DNA of 64,000 bases from Phycisphaerae bacterium. Lineage in GTDB: Bacteria; Planctomycetota; Phycisphaerae; UBA1845; Fen-1342. Location: contig JASFQK010000016.1 of the NCBI GenBank assembly GCA_050115495.1, forward strand, positions 64,001 to 128,000. The letters run 5' to 3'. Shown piece after piece: positions 56,236 to 64,000 of the stretch (positions within the stretch are counted from its first letter, which is position 1; every line of letters begins with the position of its first letter). Below the pieces are notes generated by a model. That model did not search any database and was not told the DNA's origin. It worked only from the letters and a program-made list of their open reading frames with translations. Both the position numbers and the translations under genes were made by a program.

Positions 56236-57663
56236 CTACGTCATCGCGTGCCGAACGTCCTGCAACGCAACGAAATACCGCCGCAAGCCGACCACGAACG
56301 CCCACACCGCCGGCGTGAACGCCACGACCAGCGCGATCCCGTCGGCCAGCAACAGCCCTGATTGCGGCAATTCATCGACCCACACCTTCCACCCCGTGCA
56401 CATGTGCAGAACGGCCAGCGCCGCCGGCGCGAGTGGCAGCAGCAAGCCTACCGGCAGGAAGAGCGCCGCCGCGTAGCCGGTCGCGGTGGTTGTTCGCCCC
56501 GGGTCGCGGAATCCGAACCAGCACGCCGCCAGGGCGACCAGCCCGCCGACGAACGTGGTGATCAGCAGTGTCCCCAGCAGCAGCATGCTGAGCAGCAGCA
56601 CCATCGCCGGCCAGAACTCCTCGCCGACGCTGTCGTCGGCTTCGGCGAGACCGACCGGTACGGCGGCCACCAGCATCGTCCACACCGCCACCAGCCAGCA
56701 CGTGCGTATGGCGAAGCGCACGGCTTGCACCTGGCCTGCGTGCACAGCCAGCGTGCGGAAGAAGTGTGGCTGGCGCAGAATCCGCCAGGATGTGCCAAAC
56801 CACGCCCGGCAACGCCGAATCGGACCCCGTGCCGTCGCCCACGCGGGCTGTCGGCGGGCGTCGGGCGACGCGTCGGCGGATGTCCCGCGGATACCGGGCA
56901 ACGATACGCCGACCGCCAGGCCGCATTCCGGGCACGTGCCGTCGACCGGCAGTCCGGTGAGCCGATAGCCGCAGCCGGTGCAGCACGGCGGTCGCTTCTC
57001 GGCCTCCGTCCCGCTGAGCCGATGCACGCGCGAGCCGAGCCACACCAACAGGTGCAGCCAGTACACACCCCAGGCGAGCCAACCCACGACGATCAACAGC
57101 TCTTCATCCCACTCGTACGCCGAGTAGTGGTACCTCGCGGCCAGCAGGGCCGACAGACCGGCGGCGAACGGCACGAACGAGAGGCTGCTCCAGAAGGTGA
57201 GCTTCAGTGCGCGAACGAACGTACGGCGCCGCGTCCCGCCGCTGGCGACGATCGGCACCAGGCCGCGGGCTAGGAACCAGCAACCCACGTGGCCGGCGAC
57301 GAGCCCGATCACGAGCGACATCGCGTTGGGGCCGCTCGCGGTCGTTTGCATGCTCTCCACGGCGAAGACGAGCGGCAGGCGGATGATCTCCGAGGTGGTC
57401 ATGTTCGCTGTCGACACTGAGCGCAACTCGAGCTCGTCGGGCTCCAGGCCGATCAGCACCAGACCCGTGCCGAGCACCAGGGCCGCCAGATGCACCAGGA
57501 TGGCCAGGAAGACGCTGGAGCACGCCAGCCGCGGCCCCAGTCGTCCGGGCAGCACGAATTGCCCCACAGCCGCCGGCAGGAACAGCAGCAGGCCGATCGG
57601 ACGTGGCTGGATCGGCGGCTCCGCGGCCGGGGATTCCCAATGTTCGGGGACGACGTCGGTCAC
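56236..57663 (-). CDS. Array family A, copy 3
   Basis: CTGCGYRLTGLPVDGTCPECG; WRILRQPHFFRTL; LQDVRHA. Confidence 0.85.
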   Translation of the reverse strand: MTDVVPEHWESPAAEPPIQPRPIGLLLFLPAAVGQFVLPGRLGPRLACSSVFLAILVHLAALVLGTGLVLIGLEPDELELRSVSTANMTTSEIIRLPLVFAVESMQTTASGPNAMSLVIGLVAGHVGCWFLARGLVPIVASGGTRRRTFVRALKLTFWSSLSFVPFAAGLSALLAARYHYSAYEWDEELLIVVGWLAWGVYWLHLLVWLGSRVHRLSGTEAEKRPPCCTGCGYRLTGLPVDGTCPECGLAVGVSLPGIRGTSADASPDARRQPAWATARGPIRRCRAWFGTSWRILRQPHFFRTLAVHAGQVQAVRFAIRTCWLVAVWTMLVAAVPVGLAEADDSVGEEFWPAMVLLLSMLLLGTLLITTFVGGLVALAACWFGFRDPGRTTTATGYAAALFLPVGLLLPLAPAALAVLHMCTGWKVWVDELPQSGLLLADGIALVVAFTPAVWAFVVGLRRYFVALQDVRHAMT

Positions 57664-59219
57664 GGTTCGCTCTCCTCAGATTCCTCTTCAGGTTCCACCT
57701 CGGTCGCGCTCTCGCCGATCGGCACGAGTTCGGGCTCGCACAGTGGCCGTGGACGCCTGTAGGAGTAGAGCGTGTCCGGGTCGCTACGGGCAGTGCGATC
57801 GGGAAACCACGTCTTGCCACCATCGTCAACGCCGTCGTCGCCGCGCGAGTAGAGCACGTACGTGTCACCGTCTCGGCGATACTGAAACGGCCCGTCGGCG
57901 AACGGGTCGAGTGGCAGGTCGGGGATGCAGGTAGGGACGAGTTCGGCAAGGGTCTCCGGATAGACGCCGTGTTCACTCTTGAAACGGCTGAGGGCTAGCG
58001 TCAGACGCGTCGCGCCCGCGGCGGCGTAGGTGGCGACGGTGTCCTCGTAAGCCCACGGTGTGGACCAGAGCATTACCAGGTGAAGCACGCCGCCATCCAA
58101 GCTGGTGAAAGGCGACTCTGGTGCGGTGAAGGACTCCCCTCTGGGGGCCATTTCGTCTACCACTGCCAGAGCGTCCGCGTAGGGCAACTCGGGCAGTGAG
58201 CGCAGGAGGTCGTAATATGCCGCCCGCTTGGTCTCAACGGTCCGGCGGTCGTTGTATAGGACCGAGGCGAGGTTCCAGAGCGGAAGTTGGCCGGCGGTTG
58301 CCAAGGCGGTGTCGCGGGAAAGCCGCTTCAGGAGCGGTTGCCGGCGACTGAGGACGTACCATCCTTGGCCGGTGCCGTCGCGCGTGAAGCAGGCGTCGAT
58401 CAGACGCTGTGTGGCGGCCTCTTCGCCGTTCATGGCTGCTGGCCAGGTCTGACGCGGCGAGGGCCACTGGCGCAACACGCGGTCGATGTCGGCGGCCAAG
58501 GCGCCGTCGACGATGTGCTCACGGCTCATGTGCTGTAGCTCTGGCAGGAAGAGCCGCGCGCAACCTGCTTGCAGGAGTACAGTGAGCAAGGTCTCCACCT
58601 CGACTGGCCGCGACAGCCAGATCGCCGTCTGCACGTCCTCCCAGGCGGCCGCGAGGTCGCCGCGCTCCGCGTGCTGATAGCGGGCGTCGGACGTCAGCAA
58701 CTTGACGGCGGCGCGCCGTTGCGTCAGCGAGATCCCCTCGTACGTGCCCCGCCTGAAGCCGTACTGGTCGTAGTGCCAGGGCCGCCCACGCAGGGCGCGC
58801 AGGGCGGCGAGGCGCTCGCGCGTGGCGTCGTCCTCGAGATGAGCGATCACGGCCCGCAGATTGGGTCGGTCCGCCGGCGTCCACGGGCCACGCGTGATGT
58901 CCTCTATGCTGAGATGACCCGCGTCATAGTCGTACCGCCACTTCCACGCCATCCCCTCCGGCGGTGGCAGCGTGAATGGGACCTCCGCGGTCAGGGCGAG
59001 GACGAGCGTCGTCAGCTCCGCCGTGACATCGCCCGGCTCCGGCGGGCCGAGCGGGACCGTGCCAGCGTACACGTCTTCGACACGGATGGGCGGCTCGACG
59101 GTCAGTCGCAGGTAGGCATACCACCCGAACCAGCCGAGCAGCACAGCTACCACACCCAGGCGCATACGCCACGGCCACCGGCGACGAGCGTCAGCGGGTC
59201 TCCCGGGCGTGCCAGTCAT
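57660..59219 (-). CDS. Array family B, copy 4
   Basis: Family-B motifs; start MTGTPGR by alignment; GGGAGG RBS. Confidence 0.85.
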   Translation of the reverse strand: MTGTPGRPADARRRWPWRMRLGVVAVLLGWFGWYAYLRLTVEPPIRVEDVYAGTVPLGPPEPGDVTAELTTLVLALTAEVPFTLPPPEGMAWKWRYDYDAGHLSIEDITRGPWTPADRPNLRAVIAHLEDDATRERLAALRALRGRPWHYDQYGFRRGTYEGISLTQRRAAVKLLTSDARYQHAERGDLAAAWEDVQTAIWLSRPVEVETLLTVLLQAGCARLFLPELQHMSREHIVDGALAADIDRVLRQWPSPRQTWPAAMNGEEAATQRLIDACFTRDGTGQGWYVLSRRQPLLKRLSRDTALATAGQLPLWNLASVLYNDRRTVETKRAAYYDLLRSLPELPYADALAVVDEMAPRGESFTAPESPFTSLDGGVLHLVMLWSTPWAYEDTVATYAAAGATRLTLALSRFKSEHGVYPETLAELVPTCIPDLPLDPFADGPFQYRRDGDTYVLYSRGDDGVDDGGKTWFPDRTARSDPDTLYSYRRPRPLCEPELVPIGESATEVEPEEESEESEP

Positions 59220-59315
59220 CGAAGCCCTCCCATTTACGCTACGGCGGGCGAAGCGGGCCGACGTTCGCCTGTTGCGACCGCCAGCCGGCATGGCGCCGCA
59301 GCGCTATCTGTCTCT

Positions 59316-59343
59316 ATTGTCTGTTGCTCGGCCGGCCCGTCAA
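59316..59343 (-). promoter_or_regulatory. Conserved promoter TTGACG-N16-GACAAT (unit 3)
   Basis: ttgacg ggccggccgagcaaca gacaat. Confidence 0.7.
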
Positions 59344-59652
59344 CCCGGGGGGTGGGAGAGAGTGGCATGCTGAAGCCTCAGGCGCCGGGATGTCTTCTTC
59401 GCGTGGTGGGGACCACATGCCGGCGCTGCGCTTCGGCATGCCACACACGGTAGCGTCGGCCCCCCGTGGCCGACGTCGAACGCCGAAAGACGCCCAGCTT
59501 GCGTGCAGCGCCCGGTCTGCGCCGTCTGTCCGGGCCGCGACCGGTAGGGAGCGGTGTACGCGGACAGCGCGTTATTGGCGGCAACCCGTCGCTGCCGCTC
59601 GGGGTTCGGACGGGCGTTGACACGCTTGACCTGTCGGTGCCGCCCGTGCCCT

Positions 59653-61164
59653 TCATGGCTTACCCGGCGTGCCAGTTCCGATCGGCACCAGTTCGGGTTC
59701 GAACGCTGGGTCCGGACGCCCGTAGGAGTAGACGTAGTCCGGGTCCCTGAAGGAGGGCCTCCCGGGCCTGAGCGTAACGCCGCCGTCGTCGATACCGTCC
59801 GAACCACGCGAATACAGCACGTACCCGTCGCCATCCCGGCGATACGTGAACGGCGCATTGGCGAACGGATCGAGCGGCTGGTCGGAGATGTACATGGGCA
59901 CGAGTTCCCCCAGCGTCTCCGGGTACACCCCGCGTTCGCCCTTGAAGCGGCAGAGGGCGAGCATCAGACGCGTTGCATCGATTGCGGCATACGTAGCGAG
60001 CAGTTGGCCGTACGCGTCCCGAAGATGATGCATGTCGATTGTGTTTAGAGCGACGCCGTCGACGGGGCAAAACGGCCGCGGGGGGGTGCCCAGTCGGTCC
60101 AGTTCGACCAGGACGTCGGCGTAGCTCAGATCAACGAGACGGCGCATGGCGTCGAAGTACGCGGCTCGCTTCGCTTCGACGGAGCGGCGATCGTTGTAGA
60201 TGACGGACGCCAGATTCCAGAGCGGGTGCTGGGCGAACGCCCCGCAAACCGGTCTGGCGACCCACGTCAATCGCGGGTCAGATTGCCGGCTGGGCACACA
60301 CCATCCCTGACCGTTCTCGTCGAGCGTGAAGCATGCATCGATCGTATGCTGGACGTTTGCCTCTTCGCCGGCCACGGCTGCTTGCCACGTCTCGTCGAGC
60401 GGAGGCCACTGGCGCAGCGTGGCGTCGATCTCCGCGACGAGCGCGGCATCGAGCATGTATTCGCGACTCATATGCCGCAGCTCCGTGAGGACGATATGAA
60501 CAGGGGCGCGTCGCATGATCACAGTAAATGCGGTCTCCTCCTCCTCGGGCCGTGCCAGCCAGAGAGCAGTTTGAAGGTCCCGCCAGGCGGCGGCCAAGTC
60601 GCCACGCTGCGCATGCTGGTAGCGGGCGTCGGCTACCAGCAACTGAACGGGGTACCGCCGATTCGACCACGTGATGCCCCTGTAGTTGGGCTGGATCGAG
60701 TTATCGAAATCGAACTGCCACGGCCGTCCGCGCAGGGCGTGCAGGTTGAGAATGCGCAAGCCCGTGAGGTTGTCCTCCAGATGGGCGATTACCGCCTGCA
60801 GTTGAGGACGGCTTGCCGGCGTCCACTCGCCGCGGACGGCATCCCTGATTTCAAGACACGTTAGCGGCCCGCGGCGATGCCACGTCCATTCCATCCCCTC
60901 CGGCGGCGGCGGCAGCGTGAGCGGTACGAGCTGGGTCAGAGGGAGGAGGACCTCGGTTAGCTCGGCGGTGACGTCGTTTGGCTTCGACGGGCCGGGGTTG
61001 GTCGCGTTGCTGAAAACGGCCCAGACGCTGAGCGGTGGGTCCACGGTCAGCCGCAAGTACGCGTACCGTCCGAAGCACGCGAGCAGCAGGGCGATGACCA
61101 CGAGGCGCAGAACCCACCGCCACCAGCGACGAGCGCGGGCGGTCCTCCCCGAGGCAGCAGTCAT
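59653..61164 (-). CDS. Array family B, copy 5 (no family-A partner)
   Basis: Family-B motifs; start MTAASGR; GGGAGG RBS. Confidence 0.85.
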   Translation of the reverse strand: MTAASGRTARARRWWRWVLRLVVIALLLACFGRYAYLRLTVDPPLSVWAVFSNATNPGPSKPNDVTAELTEVLLPLTQLVPLTLPPPPEGMEWTWHRRGPLTCLEIRDAVRGEWTPASRPQLQAVIAHLEDNLTGLRILNLHALRGRPWQFDFDNSIQPNYRGITWSNRRYPVQLLVADARYQHAQRGDLAAAWRDLQTALWLARPEEEETAFTVIMRRAPVHIVLTELRHMSREYMLDAALVAEIDATLRQWPPLDETWQAAVAGEEANVQHTIDACFTLDENGQGWCVPSRQSDPRLTWVARPVCGAFAQHPLWNLASVIYNDRRSVEAKRAAYFDAMRRLVDLSYADVLVELDRLGTPPRPFCPVDGVALNTIDMHHLRDAYGQLLATYAAIDATRLMLALCRFKGERGVYPETLGELVPMYISDQPLDPFANAPFTYRRDGDGYVLYSRGSDGIDDGGVTLRPGRPSFRDPDYVYSYGRPDPAFEPELVPIGTGTPGKP

Positions 61165-61259
61165 CGCATCCTCCCACTTACGCCGCGGCGGTCCGCACGC
61201 GGCGACGATCACCTGTCGCGACCGCTGGCCGGCACAGCGCCGCAGCGCTATCTACGTTC

Positions 61260-61287
61260 ATTGTCTGCCGCTTGGCCGGATCGTCAA
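61260..61287 (-). promoter_or_regulatory. Conserved promoter TTGACG-N16-GACAAT (unit 4)
   Basis: ttgacg atccggccaagcggca gacaat. Confidence 0.7.
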
Positions 61288-61463
61288 CCCGGTGGGTGGG
61301 TGTGGCATGCTGAAGCCTCAGGCGCCGGCATGTCTTTCTTCGGCGTCGCTGCGCACATGCCGGCGCTACGCTTCGGCATGCCACACCTGCTACCAGTAGC
61401 GTCCGACCTCCGTGTCGGACGTCGAACGCCAACCCACGGTCGTCCTCGCGGTCTTCCGTCTTC

Positions 61464-61800
61464 CAGCCCGCGTAGCGGGCGATGGGATCTAGCCCCGGGT
61501 GAGCGAGCGGACGCATTGCGGCCGATCGCGAAACCCGGGGAAGACGCCGGCCCGAACATCCCAACCCGCGAAGCGGGTGACGGAATGCGGTCCGGGGCGT
61601 ATGACCGGCGATGCGTTTCGTCGCCCGCTTCGCGGGCTGCAGAGGGGTTCGGGATGCGTCCTTCCCCGGGTTCCGTCCGCCGGTGGCGCGTGTTCCCGGG
61701 CCGGTCGTAGCTGCCAGCAGGGGATCTGTCGCGCATTTCGCCTCGCTCGCCGGCGGACTCCACCCGGGGCTACCTTCCTGGGCCCTTCGGGACCAGCGGG
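61464..61800. repeat. Extended palindromic intergenic element (CCCGCGAAGCGGG hairpins and CCCGGG arms)
   Basis: agcccgcgtagcgggcga, acccgcgaagcgggtga and the inverted tcgcccgcttcgcgggct. Confidence 0.55.
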
Positions 61801-61977
61801 CTCGCGCCTTCTGTATCGGTCGTTGAACGCCGAAGAGAGCGCGAGGCGCACTTCTGTCCGAGCCGCGATCGGGAGAGAGTGGTTTGCGCAGACGGCGCGT
61901 TATTGGCGGCAACCCGTTGCTACCGCTCAGGGCTCGGATTGGGGCTGTGGGGCTCCGCCGGAATGCCGGCGGATTGA

Positions 61978-63102
61978 TCAGGGCGCCGTCGCGGGGGCGC
62001 TGTCGCTGGAGGGTTGGGTGGCGGGAGCCGATTGAGGGGCGAAGCTGGCGAACCAGTCACGCAGGACGCGCTCCGCCGGCTTGCCGCGCGGCGTGTAGCC
62101 GTAGTCGCCGGCGCCGCCGGGAGCGTGCGACCAGTCCCACCAGATGATGCCGGCCATGCCCGGCGTGTCGTTCCACACGCGCAGAAACGCCTCGTACAGC
62201 CGGCGTTGCTCCTCGTGGCCGGCGGGCGTCGCTTTCTGGTAGTGGTAGTAGTTCCACGGGGCCGTGCTCGCCCCCTCCTGGCTGCACCAGCCGACCTCGG
62301 TGAACAGCAGCGGCTTGCCGATCTGCCGCTGCCAGCGGGTGATGTCGTCGTGGATCGGCTGCCAGCGGGCCACGATCTGCTCGACCGTCGGGTTCGCCTT
62401 GTCCGACAGCGTGTAGTAGCTGGTCATGCCGATCAGGTCGAGCTTGTCCCAGAACTTCACCGGCCGGTAGTGATCCCAGTTGGCCGAGTAACCCAGCACG
62501 CCACCGTAGAAGTTCGTGCGGGCCAGTTCGATCACCTTGTACCACTCGTCGGTGTACTTCTCCGTGCTGACCAGCTCCGAGCCGACCATCAGGCCGGTCG
62601 CCCCACCCTCGCGAGCGATTTCGCAGAAGTAGACGATCAGTTCGCGATACTGCCGCCACCAGTCGTCCCAGTCGGGTGGGTCGATCACGCCGCGCCACTC
62701 GCTACCCCGCGGCTTGGCCAGCAGGACGATGGGCATCAGGATGACTTCGAGGCCTTCTTCGCGGGCGGCCTGGATGAGCTGCTTGAATTCGGGCGGCGAG
62801 GGTGTCTTGCGGGCTTCGATGAAGATCGTCTGGGCCTCGGCGTGCTCCATGAAGGCGGGGGTGATGAGCAGGACCGTGTTGGCCCCCATCTCCGCCGCCT
62901 CGTGGAACAGTGGCGCGTACTGGTCCAGCGGCTCGTACCCGCTCTGCACCTGGATGGCCAGACCGCGGTAGCGCATCGGCTGGCCGGGGGGCAGGGGGGC
63001 ATGGGATCCCGGCGGGTTGCCGCGCTCGTCGCAGCCCAGGCCCGCGCCCAGCAGGACCCCCAGCAGCACCGCGACGATTGTGGCAGCCGTCTTTCTGGTC
63101 AT
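61978..63102 (-). CDS. Glycoside hydrolase family 113-like lipoprotein
   Basis: Lipobox GLGC; SEWRG.I.P, VGSEL, YSANWD, FWDKLDLIG, PLLFTEVGW, YTPRGKPAE. Confidence 0.8.
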   Translation of the reverse strand: MTRKTAATIVAVLLGVLLGAGLGCDERGNPPGSHAPLPPGQPMRYRGLAIQVQSGYEPLDQYAPLFHEAAEMGANTVLLITPAFMEHAEAQTIFIEARKTPSPPEFKQLIQAAREEGLEVILMPIVLLAKPRGSEWRGVIDPPDWDDWWRQYRELIVYFCEIAREGGATGLMVGSELVSTEKYTDEWYKVIELARTNFYGGVLGYSANWDHYRPVKFWDKLDLIGMTSYYTLSDKANPTVEQIVARWQPIHDDITRWQRQIGKPLLFTEVGWCSQEGASTAPWNYYHYQKATPAGHEEQRRLYEAFLRVWNDTPGMAGIIWWDWSHAPGGAGDYGYTPRGKPAERVLRDWFASFAPQSAPATQPSSDSAPATAP

Positions 63103-63227
63103 CACTCGCATCACTCGTCCAGGTCTGACCGCCAATCCGGGCGGCCGTGGCGAGTGATTATGCACTCCCCGGCCGGCGGTTCAAGGGTCACCGCCGACCG
63201 GGAGTGCCGGAAACGGCCCTCGCGAGG

Positions 63228-63998
63228 CTATTGTGAGCTCTTGACCTGCACGCCTTTCTGCCTGCTTTGCAGCATTTCCTCGAGCTGGTAGGAGTTCATG
63301 GACTGGAATCGGCGGTTGTCCTCCAGCAGGTTGCCGATGTAGTCCACCTTGGACCCCGGGTAGCCGCGATCGTTCGGGCCGTTGAACTGGGGGTACCTCT
63401 CGGCCATGGCCAGCACAGCCCCTTCGCTCCGGTAGAAGGCGAAGTGGCCGGCGGTGTCGCGGGCGACGACCGTCGGGTAACCGTTGATGCCCTCGGCGAC
63501 GAGCACGCCACGCAGGTCGGTCTGCCCCGACACGAACCGCGACATCGCGGTGCCGATCGCCTCCAGGTGCACGTCGCTCAGCCCGCGGCGGGTGATGGCG
63601 TCCACCACGTTGACCCGGGCCCGCTGGGCGCCGACGTCTTCCTGAACCTCCAGCGCCAGCGGCGTCACCAGCACGAGCCCGCTGGCGAACAGGTCATCAC
63701 CGCGGCAGATTACCAGGTACGCCCCGGCACCGGTCGCATCGCTGTCCGCGGCGTCCTTCGGCAGAACATCGAGGTCGACTCGGCGGGCCTTGTCGACATA
63801 GTCACAGCCGTTGCCGAGCTCGACCTCTTTCTCCAGGATGGGTCGGATACCGGCCAGGTTGACGGCCGTGATCTCGGTCAGGTTCTTCTCGACCAGGGCG
63901 AGCTTGAGCAGGTCGACGCGATAGACCTGCAGCACGGCCTTCTTGATGTTGCGGTAATCCAGCCGGATGAACGGCTCACCGTACGGCCGGGCATAGAG
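63228..63998 (-). CDS. C-terminal part of a larger protein (5'-partial; MG2/alpha-2-macroglobulin-like character)
   Basis: Frame open to the window edge; YRVDLLKL...NLAGIRP...GAYLVICRG...RVNVVD; family call tentative. Confidence 0.6.
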   Translation of the reverse strand, partial: LYARPYGEPFIRLDYRNIKKAVLQVYRVDLLKLALVEKNLTEITAVNLAGIRPILEKEVELGNGCDYVDKARRVDLDVLPKDAADSDATGAGAYLVICRGDDLFASGLVLVTPLALEVQEDVGAQRARVNVVDAITRRGLSDVHLEAIGTAMSRFVSGQTDLRGVLVAEGINGYPTVVARDTAGHFAFYRSEGAVLAMAERYPQFNGPNDRGYPGSKVDYIGNLLEDNRRFQSMNSYQLEEMLQSRQKGVQVKSSQ

Positions 63999-64000
63999 CA

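Noticed and set aside
48146..61164. Integron cassette array, or family B as true type IV prepilins
   Set aside because: No integrase or attC-type sites, units carry their own promoters and are paralogous; B N-termini lack a conserved Gly cleavage site and Glu+5.

Overview
High-GC bacterial chromosomal segment, most likely from Planctomycetota (Phycisphaerae-like). That placement is inferred from 'GDMNCDG..NFDIAPF' dockerin tails, an H-X9-DG-type prepilin protein and many CxxCGY...CPECG zinc-ribbon membrane proteins. From left to right the window holds: (1) a truncated REP-associated tyrosine transposase (RAYT) flanked by GTAG hairpin REPs; (2) an approximately 14-kb tricarboxylate-metabolism cluster with two fused aconitase-family enzymes, PrpD, a CitD-CitE fusion, CitF and an HD protein, interrupted by a repeat-flanked four-helix-bundle gene, a GAF kinase and a serine hydrolase; (3) a large surface protein; (4) two lipoprotein paralogues of the SecD periplasmic P1 domain with no membrane domain; (5) three tandem zinc-ribbon membrane paralogues; (6) a chemosensory-like operon (triple-CZB MCP, CheB, CheY-like protein, hybrid kinase) with a sigma28-type promoter; (7) a possible phosphate-scavenging module; (8) an ABC-2 exporter and a DUF3857/transglutaminase pair; (9) a 13-kb array of eight genes from two uncharacterised families, organised as four units, each with a conserved TTGACG-N16-GA(C/G)AAT promoter and separated by REP mosaics; (10) a GH113-like lipoprotein and a partial gene. 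No rRNA, tRNA or CRISPR array was seen. All calls come from motif recognition by eye, without database searches.
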